A stretch of 64,000 bases of DNA from Schizochytrium sp. TIO01 (taxonomy: Eukaryota; Protista; Bigyra: Labyrinthulomycetes): contig SMSO01000034.1 in the NCBI GenBank assembly GCA_004764695.1, positions 1,054,001-1,118,000 on the forward strand. The letters are read 5' to 3'. Below, piece after piece: positions 45,049-56,856 of the stretch. The notes below the pieces were generated by a model, which was not told the DNA's origin, made no database searches, and was given only the letters and a program-made list of their open reading frames with translations. Positions within the stretch are counted from its first letter, which is position 1, and each line of letters begins with the position of its first letter. A program made the translations under genes and the position numbers.

Positions 45049-46359
45049 ATGAGGCTTATTTTGCGTGGCGCAGAGGCAGAGGCAGTGCGGGCTTCACGCG
45101 CAGCTGCTACAAGCTCCTCTTGCAACACCGAAACTCGCAACAACGCGCCAACTGCAAACGAAGACAGCAGCGATGAGAATGTGCTGCGCCACTCTGCCGT
45201 ACATAGCTCGACTGTTGACAGTTCTATCTCAAGTCCAGTTGCTCAAGCGGCAGCTGAATGCGGTAGCTCATTGCATAGCGGATCTCGAAGGCTAAGTCAC
45301 AGTAATTCGCCATCAATACCTTCCACGAAGTCTTCAAAGAAAAATTCGTCGAGCTCTTCTAATAATACTGCCTCATGTGGGAGCGCTTCAATGTCTCCGC
45401 CCTTCACTCGGCAGATCACCGAGAAGAAGCCGAACGCTGTTAAAACAAATAATCTCTCAGAATCTTCTGGGTCGGTGAAGCTGTGTTTCGAAGAATATCT
45501 TGTGCAATTAAAGAAGAAACGAGGTCTGGAGTGGAGACGAATGTGTGGCGACGGGAATTGTCTCTTTCGGGCGGTAAGTGCCCAAATCTTGGGAGAGCCC
45601 GACTGGCACGCAGAGATTCGTGTGCGGGTCGCGGACCACCTTGCAAAGGACAAATCACATTTTGCGAACTTTGTTTCTGGCAGCTTTGAAAACTATGTGG
45701 AGAATATCAGGAGAGATGGTGTATTCGGAACTAATGTAGAACTTCAAGCAATCTCGGAAATTTATAATCGCAGCGTTGAGGTGTATCAGTTTCCGGGCGA
45801 AGCAAAACGAGATTGTGGCAAAGTTTTTGTTGAAAATTTGCAAGATTTAGTGAAACCGATGAATACATTTCAAACGACGTATGTAAGCAAAGACCCTCCT
45901 ATTCGTCTCTTGTATTCAAATGGTAATCACTATGATGCACTTATTGATCCTTGGGAAGCTTCAGTTGGTGTAGGTCTCGGGTTGCCTGGTCTAGAAGCTG
46001 GTAAATTGGAACGCGATCTTCTCGAGGAAACACGGAAGCGCAGTATTGCCGATTTATATGGATTGAGCTCAACAGAACCAACATCAAGGTCCGTCGTGGC
46101 AAGTTCCTCGTCGTCTTCTTCTTCTTCTTCTTCGTCGTCGTCGTCGTCCTCATTGGCAATTTCAACCTCGCAACCTCTCACTGAAACTGCGGACCAGCTG
46201 CATAATTCTAGCACATCATCATCTTCTTCGTCTTCACTCACACGAGCTGGTCATGAATTGAACAACTCACCAATTCTTCAGGATAGCATTAGTGATACTG
46301 AGGCTGCTTTGCTCGAAGCCGCTCTGTGGGAGAGTCACAAGAGGTCACGTAGTTCATGA
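45049..46359 (+). CDS. OTUD5: OTU-domain deubiquitinase, OTUD5/DUBA-like, with C-terminal UIM-like motif
   Basis: GDGNCLFRAVS catalytic Cys box, VELQAISEIYNRSVEVY, PPIRLLYSNGNHYDAL His box, GVGLGLPG, UIM-like DTEAALLEAALWES. Probable 5'UTR intron 44967-45025 (GTAAGT...TCTCTCCAG). First ATG at 45049. Confidence 0.88.
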   Translation: MRLILRGAEAEAVRASRAAATSSSCNTETRNNAPTANEDSSDENVLRHSAVHSSTVDSSISSPVAQAAAECGSSLHSGSRRLSHSNSPSIPSTKSSKKNSSSSSNNTASCGSASMSPPFTRQITEKKPNAVKTNNLSESSGSVKLCFEEYLVQLKKKRGLEWRRMCGDGNCLFRAVSAQILGEPDWHAEIRVRVADHLAKDKSHFANFVSGSFENYVENIRRDGVFGTNVELQAISEIYNRSVEVYQFPGEAKRDCGKVFVENLQDLVKPMNTFQTTYVSKDPPIRLLYSNGNHYDALIDPWEASVGVGLGLPGLEAGKLERDLLEETRKRSIADLYGLSSTEPTSRSVVASSSSSSSSSSSSSSSSSLAISTSQPLTETADQLHNSSTSSSSSSSLTRAGHELNNSPILQDSISDTEAALLEAALWESHKRSRSS

Positions 46360-47033
46360 TTTAACAAACCATCCTTGTCACAGGTGAATATTTTTAAAAA
46401 GGTGGTCTTCTAGTAAATAATCGAATACAAATGCTCACTTCACTATTGAAAATTAACAGGCTGAATAGCTGCAAGATTAAATGAGACACAAATCCCTCCG
46501 ATCCTGAACTGTAAATATCGATATGACATGAAAGAGAACCTTCCAGCTCCAATAAGCGATTTGATTGTCTGCTTTATGGTGTTCTATATTTTTCTACTAT
46601 ATTGAAAGTCATAATTGTTATAACGAAGAGAGATAAAAGTTAAATTAATAGTGCGTATCCTTTGTACGCCTCGCATATTCTACAAAATAAAAACAGAAAG
46701 CACCGATACTACTCACCACCCACCCTTACTTTTATATATATTATGCTATTATACATATCTAGCAAAAAGATCTCTTGCTGAGCTATAAAAAAAACTTTGA
46801 ATATCGCTCCTCTTTATATCAAAAATTTTCAGGCTAGTCAGATTCTATTGGGAGATAAGAAACAGATACCAAAATTGGATTATATTAAAACAAGGTAATA
46901 TAATGTACGGTTAAAAGTAAAAAAGATAATAATGATGGGGTGCCTTCCCCCCAAAAATGAGAAAATGGAAGTGAGAAGAAAGGAAAAGCAAACACGGCTC
47001 TATTTGTAGTGTATCTACATCTGTTGAAGTGTC

Positions 47034-48374
47034 CTATTCAAAGAAGTGATCGTCATATGGTGCAACCTGTCCATGGTCACGACCGACAGCGCCAGATGAT
47101 TCATCCTCAACAACAGAAATGGTTGGAATCCCTGGCGCAGAGTTCTGCAGGTGCTCTTGAGGAGACTGATCCCGCTGGACCTGTGCTTGACCATGATCAT
47201 TGATGTGAGTTTGATGGGCATGATGATGAAGATGTTCTAAATCTGTATGGTGCTCGTGGTGCTCGTGGTGGTGCATGTGGTGTTCATGAGGGTCGTCCTC
47301 ACCTCCAGGCTCACCACCCGTCTCCAGCGCTCTATGATGCATGTCCTGGGCATGCAGTCCGGCCAAGTGTATGGCATGATGATGAACACCAGCTGGAACG
47401 CCGTCGTGCGTGTCAATTCGAGGTACCTTCGTCATTGCATGACCTCCAAGCGATTGATCTGACCTCGTGCGCTCTCCTTGAACCCTTTCAAGGCGGTCAA
47501 ACTCACGTAGGGTCTCCGCGTCACACAGTCCTCGTAACCTTTTAAGCCTTTGTCTAAGCAAGTTATTCTCTGCCTCCACGTATGCTAGCTGCTCCTGGAG
47601 CTCTGCAGCGCTCTTTTGGCCCCTCGACTTGAGCTCCCTGCAATCTTCCGGCGCGTGCATTGCACAATACTTTCTATGGGTTGTACCATGCATATAAAGT
47701 GCACGCGTGCCACAGGAGGGAACACAACACGTTCGTTTGCTCAGGTTCACTGCTCCTTCTCTTTTGTGTTCGCTGCACCACCTGCGTCTGTCTCCAGGCA
47801 TACCGAATGTCGCTTGGGTACCACACTGTGCTGCCTCACATAGTGCAGCGCCCTTGATGTAGGCACCAGCGGGTTTATGCGCAGCACACCAGCGTTTTTT
47901 AATGCCATCGAATGTGTACGAGGCATGTTTTTCACAGCCATTTTCTTCACAGAAACTAGACTGAAACGAATGGGAGCCAGGTAGTTTGTGTTGCGCACAC
48001 CATCGATATCGTTTCACGTTATCTCCAAAGGAAGCACGTTTCGAGCAACCAGGGAGTTCGCACAGTGCACCTCTTCGGGCACGCCTTGGTCTGCGAGCGC
48101 GCTGCTCAGGCACTAAGTTGCTGTCGTCAGTTATCAAATCATGATGGACGACACTGACAACTTCAGCAAGCAAACCGTCGGAAGCTAAGTGCAGGTCATG
48201 GTGGCTGCCATCGTGCGGAACAACCGTAGAGGTGGAGGAGGAAGACGAAGACGAAGACGAGGCAGCCGTCGAGCTGGGAATAAGGTCGTGAGAGTGCTGC
48301 GACTGAATAGGTGTCACTCCTTCTTCGGGGTGGACGTCGGAAAGTGGCCCGTGCGGGGCGCCGGCGTCTGTCAT
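47034..48374 (-). CDS. EsV-1-7 cysteine-rich repeat protein with leucine-zipper-like helix and His-rich tail
   Basis: Four repeats of C-x4-C-x3-A-x-F/Y...W/Y-C-x2-H, followed by LQEQLAYVEAENNLLRQRLKRL. First ATG at 48374. Confidence 0.8.
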   Translation of the reverse strand: MTDAGAPHGPLSDVHPEEGVTPIQSQHSHDLIPSSTAASSSSSSSSSTSTVVPHDGSHHDLHLASDGLLAEVVSVVHHDLITDDSNLVPEQRARRPRRARRGALCELPGCSKRASFGDNVKRYRWCAQHKLPGSHSFQSSFCEENGCEKHASYTFDGIKKRWCAAHKPAGAYIKGAALCEAAQCGTQATFGMPGDRRRWCSEHKREGAVNLSKRTCCVPSCGTRALYMHGTTHRKYCAMHAPEDCRELKSRGQKSAAELQEQLAYVEAENNLLRQRLKRLRGLCDAETLREFDRLERVQGERTRSDQSLGGHAMTKVPRIDTHDGVPAGVHHHAIHLAGLHAQDMHHRALETGGEPGGEDDPHEHHMHHHEHHEHHTDLEHLHHHAHQTHINDHGQAQVQRDQSPQEHLQNSAPGIPTISVVEDESSGAVGRDHGQVAPYDDHFFE

Positions 48375-50946
48375 GCCCAACGCATGGCGACGCTCCAGGT
48401 GAGCAGTTTGTCGTCTGCTGCCAATTATCAGGGTTTAGACACCCGATAGACAATGGGTATTAATATGCTAATTGAGGTAGGTAATGCAGGGACCCTGTGG
48501 TTATGCACACTCTCACGCTCTCAGAAGGTTGTTGATGGGTTATGGAGATGTTAAGTTTTGGTGAGCGTACTACTCGTGGAGAGCGATCGGGTACAGAACC
48601 ATAATTAACCCTTCAAATTTCAACAAGATTGTACGTACCAAGGCAGTGTTAACCTTCAAAGCCACTGGGATGACGGTAGCTGATGACATTCCGAGTGAAT
48701 TTCCCCTGAGTGGTAGAGTATGTAGTATTATCATATTGAAGATTATGCAATAAAGCCTGGTTGGGAGCGCGGGTTTCAACTTGTAATACCTTCATCCAGT
48801 CAGAGGCTACTCTAATAAATCTCTAAACCTTTTAGCTTGGTTGCAATTGCCACACTGTAATGAAATCCTGTCGGGGCTGACCAAAGTGGAGATCTGAGAT
48901 GTGGTAGTTATGCCTTCACAAAGAAAACACAGTGCTACTCCAGGTTGCTTTTAAAAGAATGTGTATAAAAAACACCAGCCAACTTTGTAAAAGAAATAAG
49001 CTCCAGTGTTGCATAGAATGTTTCAGCAGAATGCACCACTTCCATCTGTTCTGCAAGTGTGTGCGAATCCTGCAGATATCAGCAATTTATGCAAAGTCTA
49101 CTTACCTACCCAACTTATGTGTTACTCACTGACAGGGTAGGCACATGTCTGTCTAGCTCTAGCTGAGTGGACCCTATACAAACAACGAGCTGCCACTGTG
49201 CTACCTCACAGGTTCCGAAGACGAGGTGTCATAAGGCGGAGTGCAATGAAATAAAGCAAAGCGAAATGGAAACGAATATTCATCGATGCCTCCCTATCAC
49301 ACACGAGAACTTGCTCTTTGTACAAACACGCCGAATTGCACTTAACCTTACCTTAATTTATTTCAATAATATAGTCATATGTCCCGACTTTCGGGGACAT
49401 TTATTTACCTTTATTCACCAAAGACGTGCAGTTCAGTTTGCCTGCCTTCTCCCTGCCCTATCACCTGCAATGAATACAATATGATACATACGTACAGCTT
49501 GAATCCCCTCCAGGGTACAGTTAAATGATAAACTACTCTAACCACCATTCTCGCATATAATTCGCTTAACCTCTACCCTGCCCTACCTTACCCTAACCCA
49601 GTATCGGCTCCATCTCTTTTGAGGCCTGTACATTGCTGTATTTGACGGACGCTTTCTTTCGAACTGAGAATGGGAGACATGAAACACTGCAAAGATTCCT
49701 TTCAGAATGGAATCACGTGATCGGTTCCGAGACTTAGAATGAAATACTTCCAAGAAAGAAAGAAAGAAAGAAAGAAAAGGAAAAAGGAAAGAAAACACTA
49801 TTGGCCACATGAGTCTACCTCTTACTTAATCAAGTCCTTTGGATGCCTTTCTTCGGCAGGGTTCGAAAGCTTCTTCTTCTTCTTCATCATCTTCTTTTAG
49901 AATTGGCAGTAGAGAGGAGTGCCCCCAAAAGCTCACAGCCGAAGAGGGATAACTTGGCGAGACATTGGGAGAATATTCTACGTTTCCTCACAGAAAACTG
50001 TGTCGGCGAGTTTTCTAAAATGGATTTCTGATTGGATATGGGGATTAAACTGTGGGGCATGAGACGATATTTAGCTTTAAATAATCAGGAATAACTTTCC
50101 TCTACTTCCTTTCACTGAACATGATTGAGTCCTAATATATCACTGGGTCACATCCCAAGGTATGAATATACAATAGTGGTTTACAATGGCACATAGGAGA
50201 TTTAGTCCTTTTAAAGATTTAAATTATCTTGAATACCAAACTATTAAAGACAATGTTCAATCTGGGCATATGTTTTTGCGCCTGAACAATCGAAATAATG
50301 CGATCTAAAATAAAAGTGAATGTCAGGGATTTGGGTAGAGAAGTATTTCAGAAATACTGGTCTTCAGATATTGGCTTAAATATTTAGTCACCACATAGAG
50401 GAGTAACCAATCAAGGAAAGCAAGCGATTTTGAGCAACCCTCTAGAAACTTTTGAGGGTCTATTTTAACCTGGGCGATTTCAAACATACATTATCTGCTA
50501 TTATCAACATCTTTACAAGAACATGTTTTAATAATAAGTAATAGGCCAACCTATTCTATAAAAAATACTAGGCCTGTATCATATTCATTAAAATAGAAAA
50601 AGATGGAGGTAAAAATGCAAAATGTACATTCTCAGTTGGTAAAATTAGTGCCTAATTTGCTTGCGATTGAGGCAGCACTTTTTAATATAACAATGAGCGA
50701 TACTTCGAAGAAGACCTTGAATTGAACTGCACCCAATGTCGTTGTTCAAGCACGAAGCATGTGTGTCTGTTGCGATGAAATTATCGGGAGTCTCTGTTCA
50801 ACTTTAGCTGGTTCTTAGTTCGCACAGCTGATCATGAGAGGTGAGGCCTGAAGAATAACCAATAAAAATGCAAGTTCAAGGTTCACACGATGAAGAAAAT
50901 AAACAAGCCTGATCAATAAGTCAACCATTCACTCATTCATAATATC

Positions 50947-50975
50947 ATAAATTCATAAATTCATAAATTCATAAA
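50947..50975. repeat. (ATAAATTC) about 3.5-copy tandem repeat
   Basis: Read directly from the sequence. Confidence 0.8.
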
Positions 50976-52050
50976 ATTTAAGCTTCCATGGAACTTCTCA
51001 AATTCGATGAACCAGTGGACCAATGAGCTCTCGACGAGGGCCATATCTCAATTCGAAAACTTCAAAAGTCTCGACGCTGCAAGCAAATCCAGCAAGCTGT
51101 TAGGTGTTAGTTTGTTTTATTTGTTCTTGTGCGCGTTTATTCTAAATTATTAGCAAACGGAGCTCCGATTCGAATTGCTCTAACGCACAGTTTTATTCAG
51201 CTCCGAGAGACGAAAAGAGAAGTCGGAACATTGAGTTCACCTCTCTTAGAGACTATTCAGTAACAGCACTACTTACCACTTGGTATTGCGAATGTCTTTC
51301 AAGTCTTGGCTTTTGTAGAATTAACTTTGTTCAAAACCTAAAAGTCAAAAGGAAATAAATATTTACATAATCTCACCATTTTATACAAGCTACGACCTCT
51401 TTCAATAGTCGCTGCGTATACATATATATATCTTTAAAAAATTCACACACAAAAAATTACGATACTATAGTATGTGATGTAGGCCACAATAAAAGTTGAC
51501 GAAGTGGATTGAAAGGCCAAGTTGATAATGGACAGGCGCTGACTGCCGGCCTTACGCGTAGGCTGTGCACGGAAGGCGTGGCTTGAAGGCATTAGAGGGG
51601 GGCAATGCTTTGCTTGCTCCTTTCAACTACGTTGCACGAAATGGCCGAGTCTAATCTTAGATTGGTGAACAGATCTCACATCAAACAACATCATTTCGTG
51701 ACACGTCGTATTAAGTGATTGTTTGGAGTTTTTTACTTAAGGTTTAAAAAAAAAAAAAAAAAATCACTCTAAGATTGAATGGCGCAGAAAAGATCATACT
51801 CGGAACTACGATCATTGTACCGTCGACCTCTTCTTCTTCTTGAGTCCGCACCGCTCGCTTTGGCAGGACATAAAGCAGCTCAATAACCGTCTGAGCGGCC
51901 TCAGACGGTTCCTCTTTGGCTACTTTTCCATAGCGAGTCCCGCCCGGAGCTCTCTTTCTGCGAGAACGATGAAGCAGGAAATGAAATGAGCAGACCGTAT
52001 TTTCTATAAAACTCATCTCTAATGATAAGATGGGAAAAAAGAAGAAAACA

Positions 52051-52074
52051 AGAGAGAGAGAGAGAGAGAGAGAG
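52051..52074. repeat. (AG)12 microsatellite
   Basis: Read directly from the sequence. Confidence 0.9.
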
Positions 52075-52489
52075 CCCAACTCAAAGACACATAGTTCGTC
52101 GAAGAAGTCACGTGCAGTGTCGATTAAGTGCCATTTCGTGGACACTCAGAAGAAGCTCTCGGAAAACTCCAAACTGAGCAAGTTTCCAAAGCAGTTGCGA
52201 ATGCGATCATGATTGACTTCCCTTCTGCACCTTTGAACGTAGTTTCTTGCTGGAGGGGCTGATGAACTGACTGACCCCAGGCAGGCCTTCCAAAGTATCT
52301 ATCTATTTAATAATCTATTTAACTATTCAATAAAAATAATCTATTTAGCTATCTAAGTGTCTCCTAGGCACCTAACTTTGAGTATTTTACTAAGAAAGCA
52401 GAGAGAAGAAGAGAAAAGAGAAAAAGAGAAAGAAAAAGAGGCCTATTCAAAGTTATGCGAAGGAGGCGATCGCAGTGGACCTTGCCCAA

Positions 52490-52539
52490 TTGATTTTCTT
52501 GATTTCCTTGACTTCCTTGACTTCCTTGACTTCCTTGAC
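52490..52539. repeat. 9-bp minisatellite (TTGACTTCC), about 5.5 copies
   Basis: Read directly from the sequence. The first two copies are degenerate. Confidence 0.9.
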
Positions 52540-52820
52540 CCCAGACCTTATAGCAAGCCTTAGAAACACCGCAGCCTGGAGCCAGTCAGCCTGTCAATGC
52601 GCCTGCTTCTTTAACAGCCGCTGCGTGTTTTGGCGGACTCCGAGTGATCGGATCGTGTGCGTGGAGGTTGTTTTCGAGCGGCAGCTTACTTAGGCCAAAG
52701 CATGGAAAACCTACGTAGTAGCTCGTAGTAAAGAGCTACAACCTTTGACTACCCACAGAAGAAATAGGCAATTCATGATAAATAAACATAAAAGTATGGA
52801 TAAACAACGCGAATAAAATA

Positions 52821-52852
52821 AATGAATGAATGAATGAATGAATGAATGAATG
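52821..52852. repeat. (AATG)8 microsatellite
   Basis: Read directly from the sequence. Confidence 0.95.
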
Positions 52853-53544
52853 CACAAAAGAATTGCTGCGCTGTTTATTATTTATGAAAAGAGGGAGTGC
52901 AAACGGAGGTCGGCCAAAGCAAGAGGGAGTGCGGAGTCCATGGAGAGACCTCGAAGGAGCAGCGATGAATTAAAGCCAAAGGTGCCATTAGCAGCGATGC
53001 CGGCCACTTTCTATCGCGTCTCCTTTCTCGTGCTGCTGCTGAGTGCATTTGTGCTGCTGATTTCTTTACTTTTTACTTTTTCTTCTCCCATTCCGGGTCC
53101 ACTTGAACATAGGTACGTATGACTTATGTCTTATAGGTTTTGCTTTCTCTTGAAAAGTTTAGTTTAGTCAAGTCAATCATCCATCCATAGGTAGGACAGG
53201 ATAGGAGACTGCTAGAGAGGTCAAAGAAAGAGAGCGATCGAGTAAGCTGCGTGGGGAGTAGCATAGAGTAAGAGTTGGCTAGAAAGCTTGAAAATAGGCC
53301 GGTTTTAAAATTATTGATTTGATTTCGTAATAATGAAAATATTAAAAATAAAATAGAAGTGAAAAGTAAAAGAAAGAAAGAAAGAAGGAAGGAAGAGTCA
53401 TGGTTGTAATGGTTATAGACTGTCTCTGTGGATGTTAATGGGCACGAGCTCGGCAAATCGTGATCGACTTCTACGATTGAGGAGGTCGAGGTCGAGGTCG
53501 AGGTCGATTGACTCTACGATTGAGGTCGATTGTTTTGGGGAAAG

Positions 53545-55011
53545 ATGAAATCTCCTATCATGAGGTCTCCTAATGCGAGGACTCCCATGATGTCGCCAGG
53601 CTCGAGGTCTCCGACCACGATCGAGGCCATGTTCAAGGGTGGCTTCGTGGAGGATCACGTCGATGAGAACACTACATGGTCTCGTCGCATCTGGACCCTT
53701 CTGGGTATTGTTTTATTGACGGGCTTCTTGGCACTTGCTGGTAGCGTGTCGAGCAACAAAAGAGCCATTGGTGAGTCTGACACAGGCCTGCTCGTGGTCT
53801 CCATGGACAAGAATGGCATCGGTGAGGAGCAGGCGATGTCTGAGAAGCTGTACCGCAAGGAGCTTGAGGACTCGTACAGGGAGTTTGGCGAAGATACTGT
53901 AAAGCAGGCAGATGACTACATTCAACAGTCCACCGATGCTGAAATTGAGGAAATCGCTGACAAAAAGATCTCCAAGCTCAGTGGAGAAGCACCACTCCCA
54001 CGTCCGCCGCTCTACACCTCTGATGAGGAAGGCCGTCTTCGTGAGGAAGCACTCAAGGAGTTCGCATCCATGGGTCCTGACGCTGAGTTCTCCATCTTCA
54101 GCGGCGACAGACCTCCTGGCTTGCTCTTCTCAAAACTCCATAAGGTTGGTGGAACAAGTGTCGCTCTCGCTCTTGACAATGTCACAAAGTACTACGACCT
54201 TAAGGGAGGCCCCTCCCGCTCGTTCTTTACGAACTACAAAGATGGCAAGTGCAAGTACCGCAAGTTTGACGTATTCTACCAGCACGCATGGAGGGCCAAA
54301 TGGATGCAAGCATGCCTCCCCGGAGCTGCAATGGTCACCGTATTTAGGGAGCCAAGCAGTCGCTATATCTCGCATGGAACTTGGTACGACAATCGTCGCT
54401 ATTTTATTGAGTACCCTGATAAAAAGTGCGACTATGAAAACGGAGATCGCAAGCCTCTTGGTGGCAAGCCTTTTCAATGCCATGATGATGAGTTCCGCCA
54501 CCAGTTCACTCTCGACCTTCTCTTGAAACGCATCAAGGAAAAGCCTAACAACCCCATGCAATGTGGAGAGGTTTGCAGTTGGGTGACCTTGCCGCGAAGC
54601 CAGGATCCCAATGTCGCCATTGAGGCCTTGCAAAAAGATTATGCACTCTATGTCACCACTGAGCGCGTCGACGAGTTCCTCGTTATCCTTGCGCTTCGTT
54701 TTGGCTGGTCTCTGGACACCATGATTTATGAGAAGTGCAAGGATCAGGGCAAAGTCAAGGTATCTGGACGTGACTTGAAGGGAGAGCATGCTTGGGCCAT
54801 GGACAAAATCCGCATGCTTACCACCAATGAGCAAAAGGTGTATGACTTTACTAAGCAGAAGATTGAGAGCTACCTTAAGAGACTCGGACCTGGTTTCCAC
54901 GGCCTTGTAAAGATCTTCAGGGAGCGTCTTGGTGCTTTCCACAAGAAGATCCTTGCTGAAAAGAACGGAAGCCCACGCTGGCTGCCCCACGGCTCTGTAA
55001 TGATGTGCTAA
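53545..55011 (+). CDS. Type II membrane sulfotransferase (galactose-3-O-sulfotransferase-like)
   Basis: One N-terminal TM (IWTLLGIVLLTGFLALAGSV). 5'-PSB motif FSKLHKVGGTSV, 3'-PB motif VTVFREPSSRYISH, TERVDEFLVIL..FGW. Strong GC3 bias. First ATG at 53545. Confidence 0.82.
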   Translation: MKSPIMRSPNARTPMMSPGSRSPTTIEAMFKGGFVEDHVDENTTWSRRIWTLLGIVLLTGFLALAGSVSSNKRAIGESDTGLLVVSMDKNGIGEEQAMSEKLYRKELEDSYREFGEDTVKQADDYIQQSTDAEIEEIADKKISKLSGEAPLPRPPLYTSDEEGRLREEALKEFASMGPDAEFSIFSGDRPPGLLFSKLHKVGGTSVALALDNVTKYYDLKGGPSRSFFTNYKDGKCKYRKFDVFYQHAWRAKWMQACLPGAAMVTVFREPSSRYISHGTWYDNRRYFIEYPDKKCDYENGDRKPLGGKPFQCHDDEFRHQFTLDLLLKRIKEKPNNPMQCGEVCSWVTLPRSQDPNVAIEALQKDYALYVTTERVDEFLVILALRFGWSLDTMIYEKCKDQGKVKVSGRDLKGEHAWAMDKIRMLTTNEQKVYDFTKQKIESYLKRLGPGFHGLVKIFRERLGAFHKKILAEKNGSPRWLPHGSVMMC

Positions 55012-55824
55012 TATTTGGGTTTTGTTTCCGTGCTGGCGCAAAAAAGCCCTGTAAGTTGTTCAAACTCGTATTTTACATTCAAGAATAGTGCTTGAGATCT
55101 TTCCTGTTGCGCAATACTTGGGTCGTAGTAGTTCCCCAGTGGCCTTTCATAGAAAATCTGAGCAAACTCACACGTTCGTCAGAATGTTTGAGCAGGTTTA
55201 GTGTTTTTTTTCTTCTTGAATTACTTTATAAAAAAACAATCTATGTTTGCCAATGCACTTTTTGAGATCATACCCCATGCGCCGTATGATTGTTTGAGAA
55301 AATCAAACCCATGCATTCCATCAACCGGAGCTCCTCGCCTCGTATAATAATAATAATAATAAAGGATTTTTTAGAACTTTGATTATGTTCCTGGCAGCTC
55401 CATTTGCAGCAGCCCGCCTTACCAAACTAGCAGCATAGAACTCAAGTTTTGAATGCATATTACTTCCAACCTATGAAGCGGGTTTTCCCGCGTCATACAT
55501 TGTAGGGTATCTTCTACTCATGGACTTGAGAAATATGTTTACCCTTAAAGAAGAAAGAAGGCAATCTCTACTATCTCGGGAGTCAAGGTGTAAGCAACAT
55601 CGCCAAGTCCGACGTACCGCATCAAAGTCCCTTCCACCCTTTCAAAGTATTAAAATGGCCAATTCTATCGAGTCCTATCGTTTATGTTAACTACTATTAT
55701 ATGTCTTCACCCTTGATTCAATGTGGGTGGTGCTCCTGGTAAATTCCTTTGCTCGACAAACAGCAATCCAACAATAGATCAGCAAAGTGCCTGTGCTCTC
55801 ATAAACGCAGCTTTGCTTGAAGCC

Positions 55825-56856
55825 ATGGATGCACCGAAGATCGTCCGTGGTGGCGGCAAGCAGTCAAAACGAGCTCAGAAGCGCAGCCGCGCCGAGGCTA
55901 GCAAGGCGGACTCGTCTCATGGCAAACCTGCTCAACATGGACGGTCCTCAGCGGGTCAGAACCCTCGGGGCTCAAAGCGGCCACGTGAAGATGATGAGCG
56001 CAATGAAATCGAGAAAACCCCTGGGAAGGCTGCACCTTCAGAGCAGGCAAGCAAAAAGCCCAAGCAAACTAAGCCCAAAAGTTCCACGACACCGAGCACT
56101 AAGAAACCCGCAATCTCGAGTTTGCAATCGAAGTTCAAAGCTAAACTCGAAGGTGGCCAATTTCGGTGGTTGAATGAGCAACTTTATACAACAACAAGTG
56201 ACAAGGCAATGAAACTCTTCAAACAGAAACCTGAGCTCTACAATGTGTACCACCGTGGATTTGAGAGCCAGGTACAACGCTGGCCTGAAAACCCGGCCGA
56301 GATGATTGCCGCAGAGGTGAAGAAAATGCCCAAGGGTACTGTGGTAGGCGACTTTGGCTGCGGAAACGCACTTATCGCACGTACTGTTCCCCACAAAGTA
56401 TATTCATTTGACCTTTGCAAAACGAACAAACACGTCACGGTGGCTAGCAGCGCTGATGTTCCCCTTGAGGATAGCTGCCTTGACGTGGCTGTGTTTTCCC
56501 TCTCGCTTATGGGAACTGATTACCAGCGATTTTTACTTGAGGCTCGCCGTACACTCAAGGTTGGAGGCCAGCTTATTGTAGCAGAGGTCAAAAGCCGCTA
56601 CAGTTCAGGTTCGGCGAAAGGCGATGCCGAGGAGGAGATGGATCGTGGTATTGCATCCTTCAAGCGTGTACTCAAGAAACTCGGTTTCCGTCTTGAGGAC
56701 GAGGAGCTTGAAAACCGCATGTTTGTAATGTTTCACTTTCGGAAACTCAGCTTACCTGAAGAGCAGGAGACTAAATTGGGCAAACTAATTCGCGCGCAAG
56801 GTTTTATTGATAAAGATGAGGGCGTGTTAAAGTCTTGTATGTACAAGAAGCGTTAA
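55825..56856 (+). CDS. RRP8: Ribosomal RNA-processing protein 8 (25S/28S rRNA m1A methyltransferase, nucleomethylin)
   Basis: KLEGGQFRWLNEQLYTT, YHRGFESQVQRWPENP, SAM motif GDFGCG, VAVFSLSLMGT, AEVKSR, C-terminal LKSCMYKKR. First ATG at 55825. Confidence 0.95.
   Translation: MDAPKIVRGGGKQSKRAQKRSRAEASKADSSHGKPAQHGRSSAGQNPRGSKRPREDDERNEIEKTPGKAAPSEQASKKPKQTKPKSSTTPSTKKPAISSLQSKFKAKLEGGQFRWLNEQLYTTTSDKAMKLFKQKPELYNVYHRGFESQVQRWPENPAEMIAAEVKKMPKGTVVGDFGCGNALIARTVPHKVYSFDLCKTNKHVTVASSADVPLEDSCLDVAVFSLSLMGTDYQRFLLEARRTLKVGGQLIVAEVKSRYSSGSAKGDAEEEMDRGIASFKRVLKKLGFRLEDEELENRMFVMFHFRKLSLPEEQETKLGKLIRAQGFIDKDEGVLKSCMYKKR

Noticed and set aside
52490-52539. Tandem repeat as CRISPR or telomeric array
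   Set aside because: No spacers, eukaryotic context, and not a TTAGGG-type unit.
54130-55041. 303-aa minus-strand ORF
   Set aside because: Antisense shadow of the GC3-biased sulfotransferase, with no motifs of its own.
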